A DNA stretch of 64,000 nt from contig CM119268.1 of NCBI GenBank assembly GCA_051294375.1, forward strand, positions 18,607,889 through 18,671,888, written 5' to 3'. Below the pieces are notes generated by a model. That model ran no database searches, had not been told where the DNA came from, and saw only the letters and a program-made list of their open reading frames with translations. A program made the position numbers and the translations under genes. This document shows, piece by piece, positions 38,919-52,359 of the stretch. The DNA is from Paraspadella gotoi. Its lineage: Eukaryota > Animalia > Chaetognatha. How positions within the stretch are numbered: position 1 is the stretch's first letter; each line of letters opens with the position of its first letter.

Positions 38919-39622
38919 CTGCTACTGGTATTGATAGATCAATTGATTTATAGATTTTTTCCTATATTTATTAAGAAGTCAGTTATGATTTGTTACAATC
39001 ACAAATTACCATGATTTATCCTATCACCTTAGCTTATTACTTATCGTAGGCAGATCCGACATTGTTTGATCAAACTTGTTTTTATTCGATTCCGCATCGG
39101 AATGCGCATCGATAGCTGTTGTTGTTGTTGTTGTTGTTGTTGTTGTCGCGTGTTAACGACTTTTGGCGTTCGACGTCATGGGGAGAGTAAAGGGGGTTGG
39201 AGGGAATGGTGGAGTGGACGGAGTGGAGATTAAGAGGGTGGTTAAAAGAGAGGTGGACAAGTGGTTAAATGATCGGAGTAAGACATCAAAGTGAAATTCA
39301 TCAAGAAGTGATTGGTTGATAGAGTAATTAATCGATTGATTGATTGATTAATCGCTCGATCGATTGACCTATTTCCTCATGTCGCGGATACTCTAAATCC
39401 TTGGGAACGGAATCATATTATTCGCTCGGCGTACTCGATTAGACTCCTGAATGGTGGTCGCGGTGGTCGGCGTGGTGGAAGACGTGGTGGAAGGCGTGGT
39501 CGTGGCTTAAGGGTGGGGAAATCGCTCCCGCTGCCCACGGGACATTCGAGCTGCCATCCTCGTCCCAAGAGACGTTGATACGTCGATGCTTTTTTCTCTT
39601 TTTATTCCTTCTTTTTCTCGGC

Positions 39623-39724
<102 letters not shown>

Positions 39725-40053
39725 TCTCTCTCTCTTTTCATCTCCACTTTCCCTTTTGTTCTTTATATCAAATAGGCCGTGGAAACGCATTTATTCTAAA
39801 CGCTGAATTCGTTGTTTAGAATGAATGTGCTTCTATCTGGCTCTGACTCTGAGAAAGGCGTGGATATCTAATGATGATCATTAATTACCGTAGATATTAG
39901 CATTAACAGGCCTATATATACCGTGGATATCATTAATCTGTATTTTGAAGCATTGTTAGAATGATGATGCCCACGACAAAATTCAGTTTCAATCTTTATA
40001 TTTTTTTCTTTATCTTATCTTTATCCTTATCTTTTTTTTTATCTTGAATCTCT

Positions 40054-40112
<59 letters not shown>

Positions 40113-41287
40113 TATCTCCGCATATCTCTTTCTCTTCAACGACGTCGGCATTTCAATCATTAAATTTGTTTCCCTCGCTCCGTTCGGTCGACTTTCTCCC
40201 GCGCGTGCGCTTCAGTTTCTACATGTAACCTGAAAATACTACACATAATTTGATTTTAAAGAGGATGTTTTTTTTGTTAGAAAAAAAAAAGTTTATTTTT
40301 TTCTTTGTATAGGTCCTATATTTTCTCCATGCTCTGTTGCTGACTAACTGACTGACTGACTAGCTGACTTACTGACTTTCTAACTTTCTAACTTCTCTTT
40401 TACTGACTTACTTTTTAACTGCCTAAATGACCTACTGACTGACTCACTGACTGAATCACGCACTCACTCACTCACTCACTCACTCACTCACTCACTCACT
40501 CACTCACTCACTCACTCACTCACCGGGTGACTTACATTTTAACTGACAGAACGACAGGCTGGCTGACGGGCAGACTTACTTTTAACTCACTTTGCCCCAG
40601 AAATTGTGGTTCGGATCGAAAAAGAAGAGAAGAATTGAGTCGTGATTCAAAGAGGAAGTGAGTCAGTGATTCGAGCGAATATTCATTCACGCGAGTTTCA
40701 ATTTAAGAAGCGAATAAGCGACGTCACAGTTTTTAAGTCAAAGAGAGAGAATCAAAGAGAATCAAAGAGAATCAAAGAGAATCAAAGAGAGAGAAACGTG
40801 ATCGGGGGAGAATGAGAAAAAAGATATTAACACTTTGGTTCTCAAATCTCTCTGCGGTGTTACTTGGAGGATCGGAGGGCGCCGTTCACTTCGCCTTCTT
40901 GGTTGTGAACATTGTGATGACCGCCGGGACCCCTTTGTCTCTCAGAACTGATTCATCACAAATCAGGAATTTCTTCTTCAGTTGAGGGAAGCAGCCCAAA
41001 AAGAGATCGTCCCTAAGGGTCTGCGCGAAATTAGATCAGTTTTCCACTTTTTTTATATTTTTTTCTAAAATTTGATTCATCATCTTACACTCGTGTTTTT
41101 TAGTCAATACATTCTAAACAACTTTAAATATTACTAAAAGAATACAAAATATTTTTTAGAATTAAACAACCTTTAATTGTAATTTATTGTAATAATTAAA
41201 GTCATATCTGACTGTTTCGTATAACTCCTGTAAAATTGATCGCTTTTCACCTTTCATTCATTTCTCGATTTTAACACCCCGCATTGA

Positions 41288-41348
<61 letters not shown>

Positions 41349-42047
41349 CCTCCCTCCGTCCCTTCTCCCTCTCTGCATCTCTACTCTGAAGATTGAAGTT
41401 TAAGGATTTTTTTTACTAGTTTCGAATTTTTTCTTAAAAATTTTTAAAATTTCCAGATCGTAGGCCTTCAAGGTTGTTTTGGCAAATTGCCTCCAGCCCT
41501 ATGGATTTGACTGGAAAAGAAAGCTTTATTTTGTTGCTAACACATGATGCCCGCAAGAAAGACGGCTTTATTATTCAGTATCATGGGCGAGGCTCTTGAA
41601 AAAAATAACTCCGTCTATTTGTTTCCCGTTATTTTTCGATATTATCGAAGTGTTTCGAAGTGTTCTTCGTCGTACTACAAGGTACAAACAGTCCTGGTTT
41701 GTACGCTTCCCTGATATGTGAGCTCCTACAAATATTTTTTCAAATCCCGTAATCGGATCTGACCACTTTCTACCACCTTTTTCTCCGACTATCCCCCCCC
41801 GCCGAATTTTTTCCCACCCGATACTAACTGGAGGTTTCCGGCTCCTTTATAGTGACCGATCCGATTGTCATCGAGCATATATCATCTTAACTCGCCCCAC
41901 CCGTCTCTTTATTCGTCTGCCACCCCTACCTTACTACACCCCGCCACCCGTCCGTTCCCCTGCGTCAATCTCGTAATCGTAAAATTTGGGATCTTCTCGT
42001 TCGATGGACAACTCAAAAAATCCGACTGAAACAAACAAGGCGCGTCT

Positions 42048-42086
<39 letters not shown>

Positions 42087-44019
42087 TCATCTCAAGCGTC
42101 GAAGATGGTTTGATTATCATCTGTCTCTCAAGTCTCTCTCTCTCTCTCTCTGTCAGCGTCACATACCACTTTTTCAGCCTTACGCTTCATGTCATTATCG
42201 ACCTTTTTTTTCGTCAATCGATAAAAATCAAATTGTCAATTTACTCTTGATAACGAGAAACCGTGACGGATCTAGAATTAGGTAGTGAACGCGTGATTTT
42301 TAATGGGTTATCTAACTAACGGTGATGAAATAATTTCAAAATTTAAGTGTAAGAATATTTTACATCAAAGATTAAAAAAGTCTATTTTTTAAACTCACAA
42401 AAACGCAAACCAAAGTTCGAAATTCACGTTCACCTAATCAATAAATTTCTTTTAATCGTTAATCTTGACTTTGATAATTTTTAGATAAATCTCCCGCGAA
42501 CAAATGAACCCTGTGCGAGCTGGCGTGACGTGGCGGGTAATAAACTAAAATTCATGAAATTTTCACAAATAATTTTGTTCATCGATGATGGGAAAAGAAA
42601 CGTTCGATCACAACTAATCCACGATTTCCTATCACAATCCTACTTTTTCACTCTTCCAGCATATTTACCACTCGTCAACGGNNNNNNNNNNNNNNNNNNN
42701 NNNNNNNNNNNNNNNNNNNNNNNNNNNNNNNNNNNNNNNNNNNNNNNNNNNNNNNNNNNNNNNNNNNNNNNNNNNNNNNNNNNNNNNNNNNNNNNNNNNN
42801 NNNNNNNNNNNNNNNNNNNNNNNNNNAGAAATATTTTGTGGAATCCTGATCATATTTCGGTTTTTTATGACCTCCAGTTCACCCGAAACAGTTTGGTTTT
42901 TATTTTTCATGAGATATCGCTATGGTTAATATATCATTACCAAATGTTCTCTACAGTTTACTCCCTGTTTGATTACGAGTCAGAGGCAAAAAAATCTTAT
43001 CCATTTCTTCGGATCTATGTACAACAGTAAACAATCCGTGTTTTGAATAGGGGTATCATATGTAAACAGTGCATAGAGATTCATAGACAGCAATTGGATT
43101 GGGGGAAGGGGAAAAGAAGGGCAACATTAAGATTCGACAGATTACAAACGACCGAAGGGGTAATAAATTCTGAGGGACTAATTAAAGATGCGGTAGATCA
43201 ACAGAGGACGACGACGATGACGAGAACGACGACGACGACGACGACGACGACGAGCAAAGACGATATCATAGTATAAAATCGTCTTTGCTCGCCCTCGTCC
43301 TCAGCCTCATCGGCGATGGCCGACGGCAACAAGAGACTCAAACTTTTTTTTTCCTCGTCTGGCCAAAAAGATCTCGGTTGATATAATTTTCGCTTTGGGC
43401 TAATTGGACGGATACAGTCGAATCGTCGCTGATTGGACGGATACAGTCGGCGCTTCGCCGATTGGACGGGGCTAACTGACTTTTTGTGCTGTGAGGTCGA
43501 ACGCACGGATTATCTTTTTACGCCGCATAAACCCGCGTCGTCTCTTTCTTTCTTTCTTTCTTTTTCTTTCTTTTTTTTTTCTTTCTTTTTTTTCATATTT
43601 ATCGTTTATTTCGTTCGCTCGTGTTCGTTTTCGTTCGTTAATTATTTTTTTTAATAATTATTTTTCGCAATTTTTTTTTTTCAGGACGTCCTACTAGCTC
43701 AAACTCCGAGCTTCAAAATCGAATGATCAAATTAAAATAAATGAAAGGGGGAAAAACTATTCAATCCGAACGAAAATATTTTTATGGATTTTCCAGGTCT
43801 ACGTAGGACATAAAAAAAATCATTAGCCACTAACTACCATTGGGAGATTATTATAAAACTACGAAAACAAAACAGAAAAAAAAGAAAACAAAAACAAAAA
43901 CGGCGTTAAAAACGGTCATGCAGATACACCTCGTCTTAAATCGTTTTCGAATCGGGCGAAGAGAGATTTCGATCTTCATCTAGAAAAAACGAATCTCGGG
44001 GACGTGAAGGACGCGTGCG

Positions 44020-44053
<34 letters not shown>

Positions 44054-44231
44054 CTCCTCCTCTCTCTCATCTCTCCTCCGCCAAGGTCGTATGAGTTCAC
44101 TCACCCTCTTTAACTCATCCCAGTTGCGCCTCTTTTCAAAGCGGAGACGTAATCGTCGTGAAGCTCGGGTCGTGAAACGACGTCCACGCCCAGGGTTGCT
44201 ATGCGACGACAGACGCTCGAATCTTAAACTT

Positions 44232-44242
44232 TGCGCATGCGC
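44232..44242. promoter_or_regulatory. NRF1/ewg-type motif TGCGCATGCGC in a CpG-rich patch; candidate numb proximal promoter
   Basis: Motif match about 690 bp upstream of the numb ATG; no transcript data. Confidence 0.4.
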
Positions 44243-44923
44243 GGACTCGGATAAACGTCGACTCTTTGCAAGCAGCTTTTTATAATAAACCGTAAAATTA
44301 AGTTGTCGCTAGCGTGTTCGAATTGTTAAAAATTAAATTCAGCAAATCAATTCATTAAGTTAATTCATTTTTCGGTGAATCGAAATTATGACTCCCTCTC
44401 TCTCATACGCTTTATTTTCGCACCTCACGAAGAATAAACAATATTGGCTAAAAAAACAAAATCATCTTTAGATAGAAAAAATAAAATCAACGAGAATAAA
44501 GAAAAATAAATAAAAAATAATTTGATGAAAAAGTAAAAAAAATAAACCATCCAGCTTCGTTTGTTTCAACGAGCGCTCTATCTCACTAAGTCAGAGATTG
44601 AGAAAGAGAAACGTCACACAGTGGGAGAGAGAGAGAGAGAGCGAGCGAGAGTGTCAGCGAAATTCTGACCTCTGGTTCCGCGCTTTTCTCCATTTTCTCA
44701 CAAATTACGCACTGGGGCGCAGTTCATATATCAAAACCAAAGCATAAAAAAAGGGAAAATCCCCTTAAAAAATCGAAACTCTGTCTTTGTGACCGTCGAA
44801 AATAATAGAATAAAAAAAGGAAAACGTGAGAACAATCCCCTTAAAAGTCGTTGACTCAGAATTATCGCAGAAAAAAAAACTGGGGGGAAAAACGTAATCC
44901 CCTTAAAAGTTTCACCTTCGCAA

Positions 44924-45010
44924 ATGAAAATGGATAAATTGAAACGAACTCTTTCCTTCAGAAGGAGGAAAGACCCTGAGCCCGAAAGCGCCAAGCCTCA
45001 CCAGTGGCAG
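44924..45010 (+). CDS. numb: numb coding exon 1 (MKMDKLKRTLSFRRRKDPEPESAKPHQWQ)
   Basis: Translated by hand; resembles Numb MNKLRQSFRRKKD...PHQWQ. GTAAGG donor at 45011. Start could be 44924 or 44930. Confidence 0.93.
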
Positions 45011-46855
45011 GTAAGGTCGAAAAAGCCAAGAACTTTTTGTTTATTGCGCTGATTGATGGGAAGGAGGAGAAAACTTAATATTTAATTACTTTTTCTTTTT
45101 CTCTCCTTTTTCATTCTAAACAATTTTCATTTTGATCATCGCTATTGTCAGAAAATCTTTTTTTACTTTTGTTAGTTTTTTTAATTTTTTTCTTGTTTTC
45201 GTCCTCACGTGATTTTGAAGCGAAAGAAAAACGCGTGACAGAAAATCCGTCTCGTTTCGTCTAGGAGCATGACTGAGCGTCACTTTCTCTCTTTCTCTCT
45301 CTCTGTCTTTACTCTCTCTCTCTCTGTCTTTACTCTCTCTCTCTCTTTCTTTCTCTCTCTCTCATTCCTTTCCTTCTCAATGTCACTCTTCTTTCTCTGT
45401 CCATTTTATATTCCTCCTTTTTCTTTTTTTCCTTTTAATGTCTTTCTTCAACTTTCAACTTTTTCTTTTCCCCTCTTATTTTTCTTTTCTTTTCCCATAA
45501 CTGCTTTCTCCCCTCCCCTTTATTTCCTTTTATCCTTCCCATTACTTCCCTTTCTCCTTCCCTTTATTTCCTTCTCTCCTTTCCATTACATCTTTCTCTC
45601 CTTTCTCTTTCTCTTTTCTTTCTCTTTTCCTTCTCTCTTTCCCTTTATTTCCTTCTTCTGTAAAAGTCGCTGATTTTCTTTTTTTCTCGATAACCTAATC
45701 ACTAAAAGTTCGTCCTTGCGACGGCCTCGCCTTTCGTTTGACGCCTCGAGGTTACAGACGAGGAACCCTTTTCGAGGTTACAGTCAGGGAACCCTTTACA
45801 GCTACGTTTAGTCGAGGTGCCCAAAAGGGGGTTAATTACGAGACCACATTTCGTCATTTACAGACGAGTTCAGTTTTAGTGTTGCTAACCCAGGTTGCAG
45901 GTGAGAGGACTAATAAGAGAAACGACGTTTGCGGCAAATTTGCGGCAATTTATTTGAAAGAGTTGTCGAAATTAGCTACATATATCAATTAAATAAATCT
46001 AAAACCCTTTTTCTCGTTCTCCGCGAAGGAGGAAGAGGGAGAAATATTCGAAAGGAAATATAGCTGAGGCACAAATCAGGCTCAGGTGATTGATGAGGCA
46101 AAACATCAAGGTTTTATTTGTCGGGAAGAAAAAGCGGGAGGCAAATATCGAGTTGTGCTGAGGGTGCAATGAAGACCACGATCCTGCGGGGGTGAAGTGA
46201 GGCAGTACAGGGCTGTGAAAATGGCGGTGACCGACGATTTATGTCCTCACGTCAAATTGTGAACGACTTCAATCTTTTAGTCTTTCGAGCGTCTTTCATT
46301 TTTGGGTACATTGTGGACATATCGATTAATTTAATTCGAGGTGGGGGTGGGCAGGTTGTTTTTCGCTAAAAGTAAACCTGTTGACAGAGGATAATTTCAT
46401 TGTAAAATTAGTTAAATTGTTAAGTTCCCTTTTACTATTCGTGCTACCTACTACGTACTAAATTTGTTGAATTTTCACAATTTAAATTTCACGGAATTCA
46501 GTAAACCCCATTTTATTGAATTTTCATTCGTGCTGCAGAGAGAGAGAGAGAGAGAAAGAGAGAAAGAAAGAAAGAAAGAAACTGAGTGGGTGTCGAATAA
46601 AAAGAGAATTGTGATTACGTTTATTGTAAACATTACGCTTCAAAGAATGTCGACACTTTGAGAATCATGGGTGTGAAACAAACGATAGTATTTTTTTGGC
46701 GCTTTTAATGGTACACAAACCCTTTTTTTCTCTTTCTCCTTCAAATACTTTAATTATCTTTTCCTTCTCCTCTTTTCTTTCGTCTCTCTTTCCCCTTCTC
46801 TCTTTCTTCTTCCTCCCTTCCCCCACACTAATTATATTTCCCCCTTCGCCCCCAG

Positions 46856-47002
46856 GACGACGAGGTCAAAGTTCGGACGGGCAACTGCTCCTTCCAAGTC
46901 AAGTACCTGGGATGTCTGGAAGTCTTCGAGTCGCGGGGGATGCAAGTCTGCGAAGACGCCGTCAAGACGTTGAAGCATCGCTCCAAGGCCGGAATGGCCA
47001 AG
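46856..47002 (+). CDS. numb: numb exon 2, PTB ([49 protein letters not shown])
   Basis: cccag acceptor, GTGAGT donor, 147 nt. Confidence 0.97.
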
Positions 47003-49103
47003 GTGAGTGTGTTGACGGGGTGATTTGTTTTGTGTGTACGAGTCAACTTTTTCTGTGAATTGAAAAAGGTCTCATTTTGAGTTTTGTTTCCAAACTTAGA
47101 CGAATGACATTTGTTGAGCGTAAAACTTAAATGTTGGGTTTTTTTCCGAGAGTTTACACAAAAGTTAATTTTTTTTTAGCTGCTGTTCTGAAGTTTTCAT
47201 TTTATGCATTTTTAACAATTTATTTGGAGTTTCTTTCTTTATTAGTTTGTTATTAACTTTGTTTCAATGAATTCAAGTTTTACCTCATACGTAAACAATC
47301 CTCAAAGTGAATTTACAATTCATTGCCCTATATAGCAACTTCTTTTGACAATAATTGGAAAAACTCTGAAATAAAGCAGTCTTAAGTTAATAAGAGGCTA
47401 ACAACACCAATAAAAGTCATTTCTTCCCGTTGGTCGTAAATCAAACATTTAGGTTCAGAGACGGAGCAACCTAGAGAAAGATAAACAGGAAGAAGAAAAC
47501 GAGAAAGATGAAGACGAAAAAAATTAAAGCACAGATGAAAGAAAATGGAATAAGAAAGGAAAAAAAGAATGCAACTCCGCCGACATGTAATTCTGCAATG
47601 ACATGGCAATAAAGAATATTATATGCAAAGAGTGAGTCGACCATTGCCTCCACCTTTATGATGCAGTCAGACGTTCACCGTCTCCGTGACCATATTTTCA
47701 TGTTTATGATGCTCGGAACGATTCTTTTTTTCCCCGCTCTGTGAACACGAGTGAATGCGAGTGAGATCTTGATGGCCATCGTGAGCCTGGAATTTTCCCA
47801 TATAAACAAGCTTAGATGGATGAGAGTGAATTTCAAAAACAAAGCTTGTTGCTTTAATTGCTTCTAATTAATCCGGTCCTGCTGAAGAATCCATATATAT
47901 ATTTAGTTGACTTGAGGCTCTTACGCGATATCAGACTGGGGCTTTTTTTAATTCATTGCGCGAACGCACCATCACTGTCGTGGTGTTTGGTCTCTTTAAT
48001 GAGCAGTCGTTCTCACGAGATGCGACTTCAGCACTCCTCACTCTCGGCCCCGATCCGATTTCACAGCACACTCTCTTCATCTCGGTCAATTTGTTTTCGC
48101 TTCCTTCTCCCGAGCTACTGTTAATTTGTCACTTGGTACCGCGTGCACGCAATTCTACGTTCGCGCAATTCCACGTGCACGCAATTGCGAGTGCACACTC
48201 GCACTCGACTTGTACTTGCGCGTCCGAGGGAAACTGCGTGACCGGGAAATCGATTTATGGGCCTTTCGCTGCCCATTTAGGAACCGTTTGATCCTTCAAG
48301 ATCCTCGGGCTTTTTGAGAGGTCGTTTTTTTGAAGGGGAACTGGGAGCCGGGGGCGAGGAGAGAGTGGAGAAAACATTTTCTGGCTGCAGAGACGATTAA
48401 GCGAGTTTGTGTTATCTGCGATCACTCCATTGAAAAAGAAAACGAAATGAAAAAGAGAGAACAAAAGTACAACCGTCCTTAATTCACTTTTCACTCTCTG
48501 TGAGATCTCAACTCATCATCGTGATTCGTCCTTAATTCACTCTTCACCATCTGTTAGATCTCAACTCATCATCTAGTCTTCCTATCCTCCATCCTCTTTT
48601 TATCTTATCCCCAATCTCTTTCTCTATTCTCCCCATTAGGGTGGAGTGATGAAAAGATTGAGTGATGGAACAATGTTTTTTTACTGCCTTTGTATATGTA
48701 ATAAAAAATAATTAAGCCCCTTTTCAAAAAAAATTTGCATAACAGTATTATTAATTGAATATTTTTTATAGTAATATCCTTATAAAATCATAAAATTTCA
48801 AAATCTTTTTTTTTTTAATTTTAAGAACAGTTTCGGATTCGCCGGAAAAAATTTAAAAACTTTTGTAAAATATGTTACGTGATATTTTTAGGTTAAAGCT
48901 GTAAAAAATGACCAAAACGTGTTTATCATATAATAGTTTACTACAAAACGTAAAAAAAAGTGAAGAATTTGAAAATTTTTTTCCATTTTGATGCTGAAGA
49001 CCTTAAAATTTTTAAAACATATTTATATTTTTGATCTAACTTTTTATAAAGAATCAGAATCTTTAATAAAAATTTTTTCGCGCTTTAACATTTATTTTTA
49101 TGT

Positions 49104-49147
49104 AATGGACAAGTTTCGACTCTAGTTTTCGAGTCTTCATCAGCATT
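49104..49147 (-). ncRNA. Minimal type-I hammerhead ribozyme motif (Penelope/retrozyme type)
   Basis: Minus strand reads AATG-CTGATGA-A-GACTC-gaaaacta-GAGTC-GAAAC-tt-GTC-CATT: catalytic core, 5-bp stem II, 2-bp stem III, 4-bp stem I, AATAAA just downstream. Confidence 0.75.
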
Positions 49148-50509
49148 GAAAAAAAAAGATACTTTCACAAACTTTTTTTATATTGGTAGAGAGAGAGAAG
49201 GAGGAAGATATTGAGAGAGAGTGAGAGAGAGAGAGAGAGAGTTTCCAACAAAGAAATTGAGTAAAGGAACCAGTGGTCAGATGTCTAGGACAGAGAAAGT
49301 GAGGTAAGGGAAGGAGAGTGATTGAATTTAGATGGTTGTGACAAGAAAGAGGAGAGAGAGAACAGCAGTAGAGAGAGGATCCATACATTTCCGGCAATGT
49401 TCTACAACAGTGAATACGAAGTGAAAAAAATAAAGTAACATAAGTAGTAATAGAATAAAATGTTTGTGAGGAATTGTTTAATAGTAAGAATGAATATGAA
49501 TTATGAAATGGAAGAATAAGTTGTGAGCGGATAGCTAAGCGGTAAGTTTTTAGAAGAAAACCAATAGCATGAGAAATAGCTCAAAATGAGCTGGCACCAC
49601 CACCTGCCGGGCAAGAGACAACGATTCACATGTGCTCGGTTCATTGGCCTGTAATGGCTGATGGTGGATATTGTGGTGGTTGTGATTGGTTTACAGTCTG
49701 GCAAAGATCCGGCTCGAAAATAATGCCAAGTTGCTACTGCGTATATTTTCTGCCTGCAGTATGCCTGCCGAAGCCTCTTCTCACCTGAACCGGTGGAGCA
49801 GGCAGTTGTCTGTTTGGGCCTGTTTTGAAAACGGGCCGGAATTACAGACTCCTCTCCCGTCTTCAGCAGCCATTCGTTTTGGCGCGCTCAGCACGAGAAC
49901 GGAGTCGTGCCAAGTTAGCTGCAGGCCTCGAGAGAGATCAAGATGTCCCATTGCTGCGAGGACGGTCTGCCCGCCTGACCCGTCGAGTGGGGACAGGGGA
50001 ATCACCGTGCCGCTGAGGTGGCGTTGGGTGCTCCACCACAGTTTTGTATTAGCGAATCATAGCTTGGAGGGAGTTCGAATCATCCTCCATCACGCGTTCA
50101 AAGAGGGTTCGAGGGCTTGATGTAAATCGCCTCTCTAAATGCGCTCTTTGAGAACCAGTTTTGGGTTATGGGACAGCACGAGAACAGTCTTCTTCTCTAA
50201 ACATTTTTGAGCTCTTTCTCATCTTATTTTCTTTAAAAACTTACCTAACTATCTCTCACAACTTATTCTTCTATTTCATATTTCATTCTTACTATTAAAC
50301 AATTCTCACAAACATTTATTTATACTAACTTATGTTACTTTAGGTTTTTTTCACTTCTATTCACTGTTGTACATTGCCAAATGTATTGATCTCTCTCTCT
50401 CTCTTTCTTTCTTTTTCACCAATCTCAAATTCACTCACTCTCATTCCCTTCCCTCACTTTCTCCTGTCCTAACATCCTGACCACTGTCCTTTACTCAATT
50501 TTTTTGTTG

Positions 50510-50545
<36 letters not shown>

Positions 50546-50611
50546 ATCTCCCTCCTTCTCTCTCTCTCTCTACCAATATAAAAAAAGTTTGTGAAAGTAT
50601 CTTTTTTTTCC

Positions 50612-50689
50612 AATGCTGATGAGAGNNNNNNNNNNNNNNNNNNNNNNNNNTGATGAAGACTCGAAAACTAGAGTCGAAACTTGTCAATT
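50612..50689 (+). ncRNA. Second, inverted copy of the hammerhead motif, split by a 25-N gap
   Basis: aatgctgatga...N25...tgatgaagactcgaaaactagagtcgaaacttgtcaatt. The base after GTC is A instead of C. Confidence 0.65.
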
Positions 50690-51061
50690 ACATAAAAATA
50701 AATATTGTTAAAGCGCGAAAAAATTTCGTTTTTCCTTCACTCTATTTTAAACAACAAACGAAAGGATTATCACAAATAAAAATTTATAAAAAATTATTTT
50801 GAAAATTTATAATTTTATAAGAATATTACTATAAATATATTGTAATTAATGATACTGTTCCCCAAACAATATAAGCAAAATATTTTTTGTACTCCTTAAT
50901 CATACTATCTCACGTTTAAATATTCTTGTTTGTTCACTCAAATAAAATTTATGTTCCCCAGTGCTCCACTCTACTCCCCATTTTCCTCTGTCATTCTGTA
51001 CCTTCCCCCCCAATTCACCTTTCCTTCACCCCATTTAATCCCGACTCCCCCTCCCAATCAG

Positions 51062-51210
51062 GCCGTCCGCGCCATCCTCTACGTGAGCGGCGACGGTCTC
51101 CGCGTCGTCGACCAAGAGTCCAAAGGTCTCATCGTTGACCAGACGATCGAGAAGGTGTCCTTCTGCGCTCCGGATCGAAGCCATGAAAGGGGCTTCGCTT
51201 ATATCTGCAG
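51062..51210 (+). CDS. numb: numb exon 3, PTB ([17 protein letters not shown]...[14 protein letters not shown]...FAYICR)
   Basis: atcag acceptor; GTGGGG donor at 51211, phase 2. Confidence 0.97.
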
Positions 51211-52359
51211 GTGGGGGATTGTTTATGACGGTGTTGGTCGAACGAGCTGTGTTGACATATGTATCGTAAATATATATATATTATATTATATATCATAACT
51301 CATGAAAACAATACTAGTTAGTATTATTAATAATGACAAATGGATATGAACACTTTTGGCCATTTTGAGAAGATTACGTCAGAATCTAAGAAGAATCTAA
51401 GGAGATGAGTGATTTCGATTCATATTGATACAAACCCACGTCAAATATTTAGTTATTGAAAAGAAAATTGTGTTAACGTTGCGATTGTCTTAGTTTTTCT
51501 TTGTTCCCAAAACGATTTTTGTCCAGTAACTCGTTAAGTGCGCCGAGCGAATTTGTGAGTTTTCGTTCGAGAAAAAATCCCGACGTTTAAATTTAAATCT
51601 TTTAAAACACAGCATTATGCAAATTAAATTGTTTAAAAAAAAGTGAGGATGGGAACTTCCTATGCGCTCTGTAGGGGATTTTTTGGGGATAATTTTAGTA
51701 AAATTTTTGAAATATATAGTTCACCCTTTTCTATACTCGTCTGTTAGTGAAGACGGTTAATGGGGCAAAGAAATGGGGATATAATCTTCGGAGGAGGGCG
51801 CTTTGCCAAGGTCGTTACGAGCCGATTTGGAGACTTGAATCTTTTTCCTTTCGTCATGAAAAAAAAAGAAAAAAGGAAAAAAGGAAAAGCAGAGGAAGGT
51901 GAAATGGAGGAGACTCGATATAGCTTATATTATAGGAGTGGTTTAATTTCAGGAAATATTTATACATTATATATTTAAATTTTTTTTTACCCGCTGAAGT
52001 ATGAGTACCTAGGTCCAGAATAGCTAAATATGGTACAGTATCATGAAAATTATAGGGTTATTTATTTTACTACACTAAACGGAATTTTAAAAATTTCTAT
52101 AAAGTTATATGTATTATGTATAAATATTAAATGTAATTAGTATTTTTCCTAAGTACGTACATTTATAATATGAACGGGAGAAGGCTCTTCTGGGTATATT
52201 GGGAACATTCCTATACTGTTTTAAGATTAGAAAATCACAAAACATATAAAGTATGGAATAAAAAAAATAATGATAACATTTAAAAATAAATGACATTTAA
52301 AAAGCTTTCCAAAAATATTACGAAGAAATAATTAGGGTTCTCAATCGTTTCCCGTCTAG

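Larger units (their letters stand above)
48741..50859. mobile_element. Nested inverted repeat (foldback, possibly inverted Penelope-like pLTR) in numb intron 2
   Basis: Outer arms 48741-48803 / 50797-50859; inner arms about 49070-49590 / 50205-50726; about 600 bp unique core. Confidence 0.6.

Noticed and set aside
44825-44832. Su(H)/RBPJ-like CGTGAGAA upstream of the numb ATG
   Set aside because: Single short match expected by chance; not paired or clustered.
49686-50120. 144-aa ORF and overlapping ORFs in the core of the foldback
   Set aside because: No RT, endonuclease or transposase motifs; lies in probably low-quality gap-fill sequence.
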